Source of the DNA: Leucoraja erinacea
Taxonomy: Eukaryota
Length of the DNA stretch: 64,000 nt
Assembly: GCF_028641065.1 (NCBI RefSeq)
Contig: NC_073394.1
Location: 41,354,001 to 41,418,000 of the forward strand
Reading direction: 5' to 3'
Shown: one piece after another, positions 53,537 to 64,000 of the stretch
Position numbering within the stretch: position 1 is the first letter of the stretch
How the letters are laid out: each line of letters opens with the position of its first letter
Made by a program: the position numbers and the translations under genes
The notes under the pieces: model-generated
What the model was told of the DNA's origin: nothing
Database searches by the model: none
What the model saw: the letters and a program-made list of their open reading frames with translations, nothing else

Positions 53537-56376
53537 CAGGCCTTTCTCACGGGGCGACTTGACGCAAGAGTTAACCAGAGTTTAACATCGTGGGAACCTC
53601 GTGCGATAACAGTACGGCATTCGTGGCACACGTGGCGCTAACGGCAGGTAATCGTGTAACTTGGTGACTCGGGAGAAAATTCAAGCAAGCTTGAATTTCT
53701 CCAAGAGTGACTTGTACACTTGTGGTTGAGCATTGCAACATTCTATGAACATAGTGGCCAGTGCGATATCTGTGCGATATCCGTAATAACTCTTGCGGTT
53801 ACCGTGGGAACTCCTGCGAACGGTAAACCCGGAAGCTGGACAGAGGGGACAGAAGGTGAGTAAAAATTGTCTTCTGTGGAATTGAATTTAAAAAATAAAG
53901 ATTTGCATCCGCATATGGACATCAACTTATTCATGAGTTATGTTAAGAAAATAACTATAATCTTTAAAAGGGACTTTACTGAAAGGTCCCGCATTTTTAT
54001 GGTCCGTGAGAAATTTTTCACATGTACTTCTTTGAGAGATACAGTTCGGAGTCCTCGCCGACTAGCGATCGATGCCTTTCCGAAGCAGGGTCCGGAACGC
54101 TATCAATCAATGTTCTCCAGAGACCCGTGTAAGGAGTGAACTGTACATGCTGGTTTAAACCGAAGACAGACACAAAAAGCTGGAGTAACTCAGCGAGTCA
54201 AGCAGCATCTCTGGAGAAAAATAGGTGATGTTTCGGGACGAGAAACATCTTCAGACTCAATTCCAATTAGGATGTCTGAAGAAGGGTTCCGATTCGAATC
54301 GCCACATATTCTTTTTCTCCAGAGATGCTGCCTGACACGCTGACTTACTCCAGCTTTTTATGTTTTTCTTCCCAGATCTGACTTAGGTAACTTAGGTAAC
54401 TTACACTCTCTCTCTCTCCCCCATGGTCAGGATCGAACCCCGGTCTCTGGGGCTGTGAGGCAGCAACTCTACCACTGTGCCGCATGTAGTCAGATTTAAT
54501 AAATTGCTGGTGTTGCTTCAAAAGACAGAGGCATTGATAATATTACATCAGAATTGCATCTTTCCGCTAATAGAGTCAATTATTAGTCAATTAATAATAG
54601 AATCAATTATTGTTGGTGACATTTCACCTACGAATATCAGACTATTTTCGCAGAGGTAAGGGCCAATTAGGCATAGCAAAAGGTATGAACACTTTTAAAC
54701 ATTTTTTTCCGACTATTTTGTCAAATGCAAATACAGGGAGAATGATCAAAGTGCTCATATGGCTCACTCTGTTAGAAACGTTCTGAGTTTAAATGTTCCG
54801 TGTATTCCTTCTTAAAGTATACCTTTTTGTGTGGCCAGGGGTGCGATTGAGAACAGCTGGGAAAGGGCGGAAGGGGGCGTCACGAATAACAGCGTTTCCC
54901 TGGCCATATTGTGGCCCATTCCCCAACCGTTACATTAATCAAGCTCTATCTAACTCCGCCTTCACACCATCCCCCTGTGACATGGGTTAGTCATCGCTGG
55001 GCGGGCTGTGGGCCGAATGGCCTGCCAACGGGAGTCAGAGACTGACACTGAGATCCATTGTGCAGGAAGGAACTGCGGATGCTGGTTTTTACCGAAGATA
55101 GACACAAACGCCACCTGTTCATTTTCTCCAGAGATGTTGCCTGACCCATTGAGTTACTCCAACATTTGTGTCTGTGTTCACTATGAACATTGAATTATTT
55201 GATTTTAGGTAACTTACACTCTCTCTCTCTCCCCCGCCCACCCCCTCTTGCCCCCCCCCCCCCCCCCCCCCTCCCCCATGCAGTAAATGTCGGTTAACCA
55301 GTCCAAGGTTTGCAACAATGGTCCCCTCTTGGGATCACACTATCCCTAGCCAACAATTGGCCTATCAGGGAACCAAATATAGACATAAAGTGCTGGAGTG
55401 ACTCAGTGGGTCAGGCAGTATCTCTGGAGGAAAGGGTTAGGCGACATTTCGGGTCGGGATCAAAAGTGCTGGAAATGTGACAATTTCAGTGGGTCAGGCG
55501 GCGAATCATCTCTTGAAAGGAGAACAGGGCGTCGGGTTAGCCCGCGCCTGACATTTCAAAGGTGGGGGGACACAACGGTACCCCTCTTCAAAATAGCCCA
55601 TTGTGCTATCTGAGGTCATCTGTTGTTGGCCCTGATTTGTCCCGGTCTTTTCTTGCTTCCTGTTCCCCCCTACAATCATCCCGAAGAAGGGTCCCGACCA
55701 AAAATGAAATCTATTCCTTTTCTCCAGAGATGCTGCTTGGCCCGCTGAGTTACTCCAGCATTTTGTGTCTAACTTGCTGATTCAGACAGTTTTTGATTAT
55801 CAAGGATTCTGTGCTGACTCTTTACAAGTACCACAGATCCCCACCTTTATAAATTTCTATCTGGCAGTGTTTTCTGTCTCAGGAATTTCAGCCCTTTGTC
55901 TGTAGTTACTGTCATCAAATATAGACAAAGGGCTGAAATTCCTGAGACAGAAAACACTGCCAGATAGAAATTTATAAAGGTGGGGATCTGTGATACTTCT
56001 GAAACACACATTGGAAATTTAAACTTGGGCGCAACTAACATCGTCTAAGTAATGTGGCATCTTCCTGCAATAAAGTCATGGCATTAGTACAGGCATATCT
56101 CCAAATGAGCCAATTCAACCAAGGGAGGATATTTATAGTGTGTGAAAAAAAAGTGACATCATTTGTGCCACGTGACACTTCACAGCTCACAATGTTCATT
56201 CAAGATTTAACGGGAAAGCTCGAGAGACGGACAAGTCACTCGCACAAATAACAGAAATGCCAAGTACCGTGGGAACTCTTTATCTACCCCCCGTTATATC
56301 GTATGATATCGTGCTAGACCACGACCACTTCACTCTGGTTACATCTTGCGTCAAGTCGCCCCATGAGAAAGCCCTT
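53537..56376. mobile_element. 2.84-kb non-autonomous TIR DNA transposon (PIF/Harbinger-like)
   Basis: ~45-bp TIRs caggcctttctcacggggcgacttgacgcaagagttaaccagagt / actctggttacatcttgcgtcaagtcgccccatgagaaagccctt. TAA on both sides (53534-53536, 56377-56379). The Penelope sequence is contiguous across it. No transposase ORF. Confidence 0.85.
55832..55992. repeat. Perfect 70-bp inverted repeat with a 21-nt spacer
   Basis: 55832-55901 is the exact reverse complement of 55923-55992. Confidence 0.95.
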
Positions 56377-59007
56377 TAATACCGCCGCCGGACCCGACCT
56401 ACCCGACACCGCCGCCGCACTGGGCCCACCTAACATCGCCGCTGGACCGGGGCTCCCCCAACATGGCTGCCGCAACGCACCCGACTCATCTCGCCGCCGA
56501 CCCGCCGACCATCCGCCCACGACCTCCCACACATCGCCCGCGGACCCCGACTCAACTGCCACTGGACTCCGACCATCGGGTCCGTTGACCCGCGCCACTG
56601 GACTCCGACCATCGGGTCCGCTGACCCGCGCCACTCCACTCCCCTCCAGCAACCCACAGCCGTCGCCTTACCTGGAGCCTGGACTCTGCACTGGGCCTGG
56701 AGCCTCCACGCTGCTCACTCCCACTCTCCTGGGCTCAACTCCACTGGGTCCTAGTGCCCGTCTGCCCAGCCTCGCTAACCTCAGTGGCTGTTCCACTGAC
56801 TCTCCCCATCCCCCTCCAACTATGTCACCCCCGCTCTTCCCCACCCACATTACATCCCTCTCACCCCCCAACCCCCCCCCCACCCACCCACCCCCCCCCC
56901 GACACCCACAGCCCCCACCCCCCCCCCGACACATCCCCAGTCCACCCACCTGCCTTCCTCTGGCCCCAACTCCCATCCCTGTCAGGTGTTCACCATCCCC
57001 CCCGACCTCCCCCTCTCCAACCTCCCCCTCTCCCACACCGAACGGTCTGTCCTCAGCAGAGGTCTTACCTTTGTCCCCCTCCGTCCCCATCTCAATGAGT
57101 TCCGCGCCCACCATGACTTGGAGCGCTTCTACCGTCGCCTCCGCCTCACAGCGCACTTCCATGGGAAGGAGTCCTCGCCCCCCAATGATGACCCCTTTTC
57201 CAGTCTCCAACGCACCCCCTCCTCGTGGAACCCCCCTCGTAACGTCCCGGCTCTGGAACTCTTTATCCAGAACTGCCGCCGCGACGTTCTCCACTCCCTT
57301 GTCTCACTCTAATCTTTCCCCCTCTGCACTGCCATTGAATCACTCCGCAAAAACCCAGATTGGGTTATCAAACCAGCCGACAAGGGAGGTGCCGTGGTAG
57401 TTTGGCGCCTCGATCTCTACAAGGCTGAGGCCACGCGCCAACTCTCGGACACCTCCTCCTACTTACCCTTGGACCATGACCCCCCTGATGAGCACCAGGC
57501 CACCATATCTAGCACCATCATCGACTTCATCAATTCCCACGCCCTGCCCGACCAAGCTTCCAACCTCATCGTTCCCCAGCCCCGCACGGCCCGTTTTTAC
57601 CTTCTCCCCAAAACCCACAAACCCGGCTCTCCCGGCAGACCCATTGTCTCTGGCGGTTCATGCCCCACCGAACTCATCTCCACATACCTTGACTCCATAC
57701 TATCCCCCTTGGTTAAATCCCTCCCTACCTATGTTCTAGACACCTCAGACACTCTCCGCCGCCTCCACGCATTCCACTCTCTAGGCCCTCACCCCCTCAT
57801 CTTCACCATGGATGTCCAGTCACTCTACCTCCATTACATTGACGACTGCTTTGGAGCCACCTCCTGCACCTACACACAACTGACTGACTTCATCCACTTC
57901 ACCACCGACTTCCGTCCTGCACTCCAATACACCTGGACTATTTCTGACACTTCCCTACCATTCCTTGACCTCACCATCTCCATCGCAGGGGACAGACTTC
58001 TCACCGACATACACTACAAACCAACTGACTCACATAGCTATCTGGACTACATGTCTTCCCACCCTGCCCCCTGTAAAGACTCCATCCCCTACTCCCAATT
58101 CCTCTGCCTACGCCACATCTGTTCCCAGGATGAGATGTTCCACACCAGGGCATCAGAAATGTCCTCGTTCTTCAGGGAACGGGGATTCCCCTCCGCCATC
58201 ATAGATGAGGCTCGCACCAGGGTCTCATCCATACCACGCAACACTGCTCTCTCTCCCCATCCCCGCTCTCGCAACAAGGGCAGAGTCCCCCTGGTCCTCA
58301 CCTTTCACCCCACCAGCCAGCAAATACAACACATAATCCCCCGCCATTTCCGCCACCTCCAACGTGACCCCACCACTCGCTACATCTTCCCATCTCCCCC
58401 TATGTCTGCCTTCCGCAAAGACCGGTCCCTCCTCAACTCCCTTGTCAATTCTTCCCTTCCCTCCCGTACCACCTCCTCCCCAGGCACTTTCCGTTGCAAC
58501 CGCAAGAAATGCAACACCTGTCCCTTCACCTCCCCCCTCGACTCCATTCAAGGACCCAAGCAGTCGTTCCAGGTGCGACAAAGGTTCACCTGTATCTCCA
58601 CCAACCTCATCTACTGCATCCGCTGCTCTAGATGTCAGCTGATCTACATCGGGGAGACTAAGTGGAGGTTGGGCGATCGTTTCGCCGAACACCTCTGCTC
58701 AGTCCGCAATAACCTACCTGACCTCCCGGTGGCTCAGCACTTCAACTCCCCCTCCCATTCCCAATCCGACCTCTCTGTCCTGGGTCTCCTCCATTGCCAG
58801 AGTGAGCAACACCAGAAATTGGAGGAACAGCACCTCATATTCCGCCTGGGAGTTTGCGTCCTGATGGCATTAACGTTGAATTCTCCCAATTTTGCTAGCC
58901 CTTGCTGTCTCCTCCCCTTCCTTAACCCTCAAGCTGTCTCCTCCCATCCCCCTGCCCTCGGGCTCCTCCTCCTCCCTTTTTCCTTCCTTCTCCCCCCCAC
59001 CCCCCAT

Positions 59008-59045
59008 CAGTCTGAAGAAGGGTTTCGGCCCGAAACGTCGTCTAT
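59008..59045 (+). ncRNA. Minimal hammerhead ribozyme-like motif in the Penelope terminal repeat
   Basis: CTGAAGA (59012-59018), stem II ggg-tttcgg-ccc, GAAA (59032-59035), palindromic ACGT and a GTC triplet (59037-59039). Minimal hammerheads are a known feature of Penelope terminal repeats. Confidence 0.65.
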
Positions 59046-59137
59046 TTCCTTCGCTCCATAGATGCTGCTGCACCCGCTGAGTTTCTCCAGCAATTTTGTG
59101 TACCTTCGATCTTCCAGCATCTGCAGTTCCTTCTTGA

Positions 59138-59700
59138 TAACCAAAAGTCTTTGTCTTGTTTGTGCCCACGATGTGTCTCTGCCTGTGTCTCTGTGTCAAT
59201 CTGGTTAATTCCTATCTTCTTCCAAACGCTAGGTCACAGCCTTCCCATTTTCACACATCCTACTCACATTTTTCCCGTGGTGGCGATAAACATCTTCCTG
59301 TCGCATTAATTCCTATATTTCCAAAGTTATTCGCGATTAATGCTTTAAATATGCCAACTTTAACTGCATTTTTACTGTCAAAATCCTTTCTCCCAGCTCC
59401 CAACACACATCAATACAAAGTTGCAAGACAGGAACACTCTGAATTACACCTCAATGGGATATTTGAACAGGAGGGGGAGGGGGAGGGCCAATTGGTATTG
59501 CAATTGAAAGTGCTGCAGCAGGCAAGGGAGGTGCAATTGGATTTTTTTTCAAGTCCACTGCTGAGGGAGGCAGGTGAGTGCTGAAATCTTACATTCAGGA
59601 ACGCCTTCAGTTGCGTTGGGGGAACGGGTGAGTGGTGGAATATTGCGTTGGGGGCCACACCGTTGAGGGAGCAGACCTAACGGGTCTTCACTTGGTCTAG
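59138..59700 (+). mobile_element. Helitron-like non-autonomous fragment (3' end)
   Basis: Ends with the hairpin agacc-taacg-ggtct about 10 nt before CTAG|T. Shares ggtggaatattgc.ttggg with the 14012-15185 element. Confidence 0.5.
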
Positions 59701-60864
59701 TTTCAACTAAAATTATATTTCAGCAACATGTGAATTGCACAAATTTAGAAGAAATATTTTGAACCAATATAACAACCATATTTCTATTACATAATTAAAA
59801 AAAATAATTTTATTGGTACCCTCGACATATTCCTGCAGTATTAATTATGTATTGTTCCTATCACAAATTGTTTTTATTCTATATTGCAATGGTTTAAATA
59901 ATAAATGTATTTAAATATATCTCACAATTAATCCCAATACAAATTCACCCAGTGATCTGAGATCAGTGATATTTTCTGCCTCAACTATTTATAGTTTTGT
60001 TCTGAATTATATGACTACTTTGTCGGGATCCGCAGACTTGCCGTATTGTCTGGTTTGCCAAAATAACAGAGGTGACAGCATTGACAAGGAGGGAGGGGGC
60101 TGAGATACTGGTCTGTAGAGTCGGCCTCAGGTGCCGGATATGGGAACAGATCTGCCGGCTCCGGCCGGGCTGGAGTCCCAGAGCCCCGGCCACAGGGGGC
60201 AAAATCAACCCACTGATCGGCATGGAAGTCCCAATGAGGTCGAGATCGGCCACCTGACCTAGGTGCCACATTTCCCAGGGGACTTCCGAGGGGGATTTCA
60301 AATGTGTTCTTGTAATTTTGTCCGGATTAAAGGAGATGCCGGACCACTGGTTGCTGGAAAATCAGTGGTGAATTTGTATATATTATGTTTATTATTGTCA
60401 CCTATATCAAAGTACAGTTAGTTTTACATGCTATCCAAACATATCAGATATACCATACATAAATATAATCGTCAAACTCAAGTAGAATTGGAAGATACAC
60501 AGTGCAGAATCAGTTCCGGAGACAAAGTCCAATGTCCGCAATGGGGTAGAGGTGAATCCTCTGGTACCCTAGCTTATGGAAGGATCATTCAGAAGCCTGA
60601 TAACAGAGGGAAGAAGCTGTTCCTGAGTCAGGTGATGCACGCTTTCAATCCTCTGTACCTTCTATAAGTGGGATCACATAGACATAGTGTGAACGGGTGA
60701 GCGTTGGTCAGCGTGGACTTTGTGGGCCAAAGGGCCTGTTTCCATGCTGTACCCACTCCCGCTCCCTTGTCTCCCTTCCTGATGCTTCAAGTCCCACCAC
60801 GATCAGTAGCTCTGAACTGCTGCAGCTCAATATCCTGGACCCTGGCCCCACTTCCAACCCAGGT

Positions 60865-60897
<33 letters not shown>

Positions 60898-61319
60898 ACC
60901 CCAAACTGCAGCCTCAGTATTAAACTGCAGATGCTGTAATCCTGAGCAATGCACAAAGTGCACCTGAAACTCAGAAGGTCAGACAGCGTCTGTGGAGGGA
61001 ATGGACAGAAGACGTTTCGGGTCGAGAATGTCACTTGTCCATTCCTGACCCGCTGAATTCCTCCAGCACTTTGATTTGTGTACAATATTCTACAGAATGT
61101 AACTTATTCTAAGTTACTAATTTATTCTACTGATCAGATTGGTTCATTTCCTCTGGAATTAGCACAAGGTTTCGGGTCGAAACCTTTCTTCAGACTAATT
61201 GTAGTCGTGGGGTGAAAGCTTGAAAAGAAAGTTGGGGTGGGACAAAGCTTGGCAAGTGATAGGTGGATACAAGTGTGGGAGTGGAGTGAGTGGCAGATGG
61301 GTGGAGTGGGCGATAAAGG

Positions 61320-62060
61320 CCCAAGCCACCCCCTCCCCAGCTACTTACCCCGGCAACCGCAGTAGATGCAACACCTGGCCCTATACCTCCCCCCTTGACT
61401 CTGTCCAAGGACCCCAACAGTATTTTCAGGTGAGGCAGAGGTTCATTTGCATCTCCTCCAACCTTATCTACTGTATCTGCTGTTCCAGGTGTGGACTCGT
61501 GTATATCGGCGAGACCAACCGCAGGCTCAGCGATCGTTTCATTGAACACCTCCACTCAGTCCGCTTAGACCTACGCAATCTCCTGGTTGATAAACACTAT
61601 AACTCTCCCTCCCATTCTCACATTGACCTTTCTGTCCTGGGCCTCCTCCATTGTCAGAGTGAGGACCAACGCAAATTGGAGGAACAGCGCGTCATATTTT
61701 GCTTGGGCAGCTTACACTCCAGTGGTATGAATATTGATTTATTTACATAACCCTTGCTTTCCCTCTCGCCCCGTCTCTCCCCCACCCTGGTTCTTTGATT
61801 AGTTTCACTGTCCTGATTAATTTTACTGATTGTATGTCTCGTTGTCACCTTCCCCTCAGCGAACAATGAACAATGAACCATTCTACATTTCCTTATCATC
61901 TGTCATTTTCTCACCGTACCCTTCCACATCTCTCCCCTGACTCATTCTGAAACATCTCCTATTTCTTCTCTCCAGAGATGCTGCCTTTCCCGCTGAGTTA
62001 CTCCAGCATTTTTTTTGTGTCTATCTTCAGTGTATACCAACATCTGCAGTTCCTTCCTAC
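61320..62060 (+). mobile_element. Diverged Penelope 3' fragment (GIY-YIG)
   Basis: NLIYCICCSRCGLVYIGETNRRLSDRFIEH..LHSSGMNI, followed by terminal-repeat-like sequence. Confidence 0.85.
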
Positions 62061-62338
62061 AAATGGAAGTTCGGAGGTCATAGAAACATAGGTGCAGGAG
62101 TAGGCCATTCGGCCCTTCGAGTCAGCACTGTCATTCAATATGATCATGGCTGATCATCTAAATCAGTACCCTGTTCGTGATTTTCCCCCCATCATTCTTG
62201 ATTCCTTTAGCCCTTAGAGCTAAATCTAACTCTTTCTTGAAAACATCCAGTGAATTGGCCTCCACTGCTTCTGTGTCAGAAAATTCCAGATTCACAACTC
62301 TCTGGGTGAAAACGTTTTTCCTCGTCTCAGTCCTAAAT

Positions 62339-63365
62339 TCGGAGTGGCGGCGCGGATCTGGCTGCAGCGGCTTACCGGCGGTCCCGTTGTCTTTGTGTTT
62401 TTCATGTTGTTATTTTGTTTAGTTTTTGGTTTTAGCTTGTGCTTTGGGGGGGGGGGGTTGAAACGGGGTTTGCAGTCTCTCCCTGCGGGGGAATACGACC
62501 TTTTTGTCGTATTCCCCTTCTCTGCCTCCGTCTGCACTGAGGCCTAATGGAGCTGACGACCTCGAGGCTCCGGAGGCAGAGCACCGTCAGGACTCGCTCT
62601 GAGCTCGCTCCCGTGAGGGTGGTCCGGCTCAGGGCTGGAAGAGTTTGGGACGCTCCCGTGAGGGCGGCCAGCCCGAGGGTGGAACGAGGCTCCCATCGGA
62701 GCGGCCGAGCTCGGGAAGGTGCGGCGCTGGCAGCCCGAGAGGTTCGGCGCCAAGTCGGGGCGGCCCGGTCCGGGGGAGGTTCGGTGCCCAAGTCGGGGCG
62801 GCCCGGTCCGGTGGGAGAAGCGACTCCCATGTCGGGGTGGCCCGGTCCGGGGGGAGAAGCGACGCCCAAGTCGGGGCGGCCCGGTCCGGGGGGAGAAGCG
62901 ACGCCCAAGTCGGGGCGGCCCGGTCCGGGGGAGGTTTGGCGCCCAAGTCGGGGCGGCCCAGCCCGAGGCTGAAGACGGCGCAGTACTCACGTGAGGGTGG
63001 CTGGGACGGTGTTCTGGCGGCGGTGGCCTGAGTCCGGGGTTCGGCCGCGGGCCAGCAGCTGCTTCTGCAGGACTGGTGGGCGGCAGCTTCAACCACCCCG
63101 GGCCGCGGTGTTTGAGCCGCGGGACTGTTCTTAACATCGCCCGGGGGGGGGGTTATCGCCCCAGCGCAGAGGGACAAGAGGAGGGAAGAGACTGCGACCT
63201 AAGACTTTTACCTCCATCACAGTGAGGAGATGCTGGGTGGACTCACTGTGGTGGATGTTAATGTGTATTTATTGTTGTTTTATTGTATGGTATTATATGT
63301 ATGACTGCTGCAATTTCGTTCAGACTTCGGTCTGAATGACAATAAAAGGCTATCTATCTATCTGT
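62339..63365 (+). mobile_element. ~1-kb GC-rich non-autonomous retroposon, copy 2 (6-unit VNTR)
   Basis: Starts tcggagtggcggcg. 3' hairpin ttcagac-ttcg-gtctgaa (63319-63336), AATAAA (63341-63346) and a (TATC)n tail. 6-bp TSD ctaaat (62333-62338 / 63366-63371) inside a CR1. Confidence 0.85.
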
Positions 63366-63845
63366 CTAAATGGCCAACCCCTTACTCAAACTGAGCCCTG
63401 GTTCTGGACTCCCCCAACATAGGGAACATGTGCAGTTATATAAGATGACATTGAGGCAGCATTTACAACATTGTGTTCAGTTCTGGGCACCATGTTATGG
63501 GAAAGATGGTGTCAAGCTGGAATGGGTATGGAGAAGATTTACGAGGACGTTGCCAGGAATCGAATGTGTGAGCTATAGGGACATAGGATAAACAGGCTGG
63601 TATTCTATTCCTTGGAGCGCAGGAGGATGAGGGGTGAACTTATAGAGGTGTATATAACCATGAGGCATAGGTCGGGTAGATGCACGGTGCAGGGATATCG
63701 AGGACCAGAGAATCAGTTCGACAGGTACATGGACCGGACAGGTTTGGAGGGATTTGGGCCAAATACAGGCAGGTGGGACTAGTGAAACTGGGACATGTTA
63801 GCCGGTGTGGACAAGTTGGGCCGAAATGTCTGTTTTCACACAGAC
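63366..63845. mobile_element. CR1 fragments
   Basis: LQHCVQFWAP and RRFTRTLPG motifs; CR1 3' UTR. Confidence 0.75.
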
Positions 63846-64000
63846 TCTATGCTGAGTTACTCCAGCACTGTGTGTCAGTGTGCATCTGTGTTATTGTACA
63901 GGGCCACCTCGATACACATCTAGTTCCCACCGCTGTAATAAATAAATATTCAAAGCCAGCGGATGTACAGCCGGGAAACAACGCGAGGGCACGAAAACGA

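Larger units (their letters stand above)
52833..59135 (+). mobile_element. Penelope-like retroelement (RT and GIY-YIG), interrupted by a DNA transposon
   Basis: N-terminal FLGACLRLHLIPHG at ~52880; VLSRGLTFVP, IKPADKGGAVVV, FYLLPKTHK, GRPIVS, YIDD, LPFLDL, HYKPTD and LIYIGET motifs; terminal repeat at ~59005-59135. Confidence 0.92.

Noticed and set aside
56363-57400. 345-aa Pro-rich ORF as a host gene
   Set aside because: It is the low-complexity, frameshifted N-terminal region of the Penelope element.

Overview
This is repeat-rich vertebrate genomic DNA, most likely from a cartilaginous fish (skate/ray-like). That assignment rests on the dense CR1 LINEs, the tRNA-SINEs that share the CR1 3' end, and Penelope, L1 and Rex1 elements. 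One host gene is visible on the + strand: a B7-H6/NCR3LG1-like immunoglobulin-superfamily gene. It has five clean phase-1/phase-1 exons: IgV (11590-11925), IgC1 (13226-13546), transmembrane (17956-18069), and then two further C1-like Ig exons (18856-19293, 24399-24776). Possible short tail exons lie near 37.3 and 39.3 kb; the signal-peptide exon was not located. The main surprise is the architecture V-C1-TM-C1*-C1, which puts two Ig domains on the predicted cytoplasmic side, and the first of them has lost both canonical cysteines. The rest of the window is mobile DNA. It includes a 5'-truncated L1, a four-level nest (L1>L1>CR1>Penelope), and a Penelope split by a 2.8-kb TIR transposon that carries a perfect 70-bp hairpin. 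There are also many short hammerhead-bearing Penelope-terminal insertions, a ~1-kb non-autonomous retroposon family with a VNTR, and Rex1, L2, MITE and Helitron-like remnants. Family calls come from motif recognition only; no database search was run, and repeat boundaries without a stated TSD are approximate.
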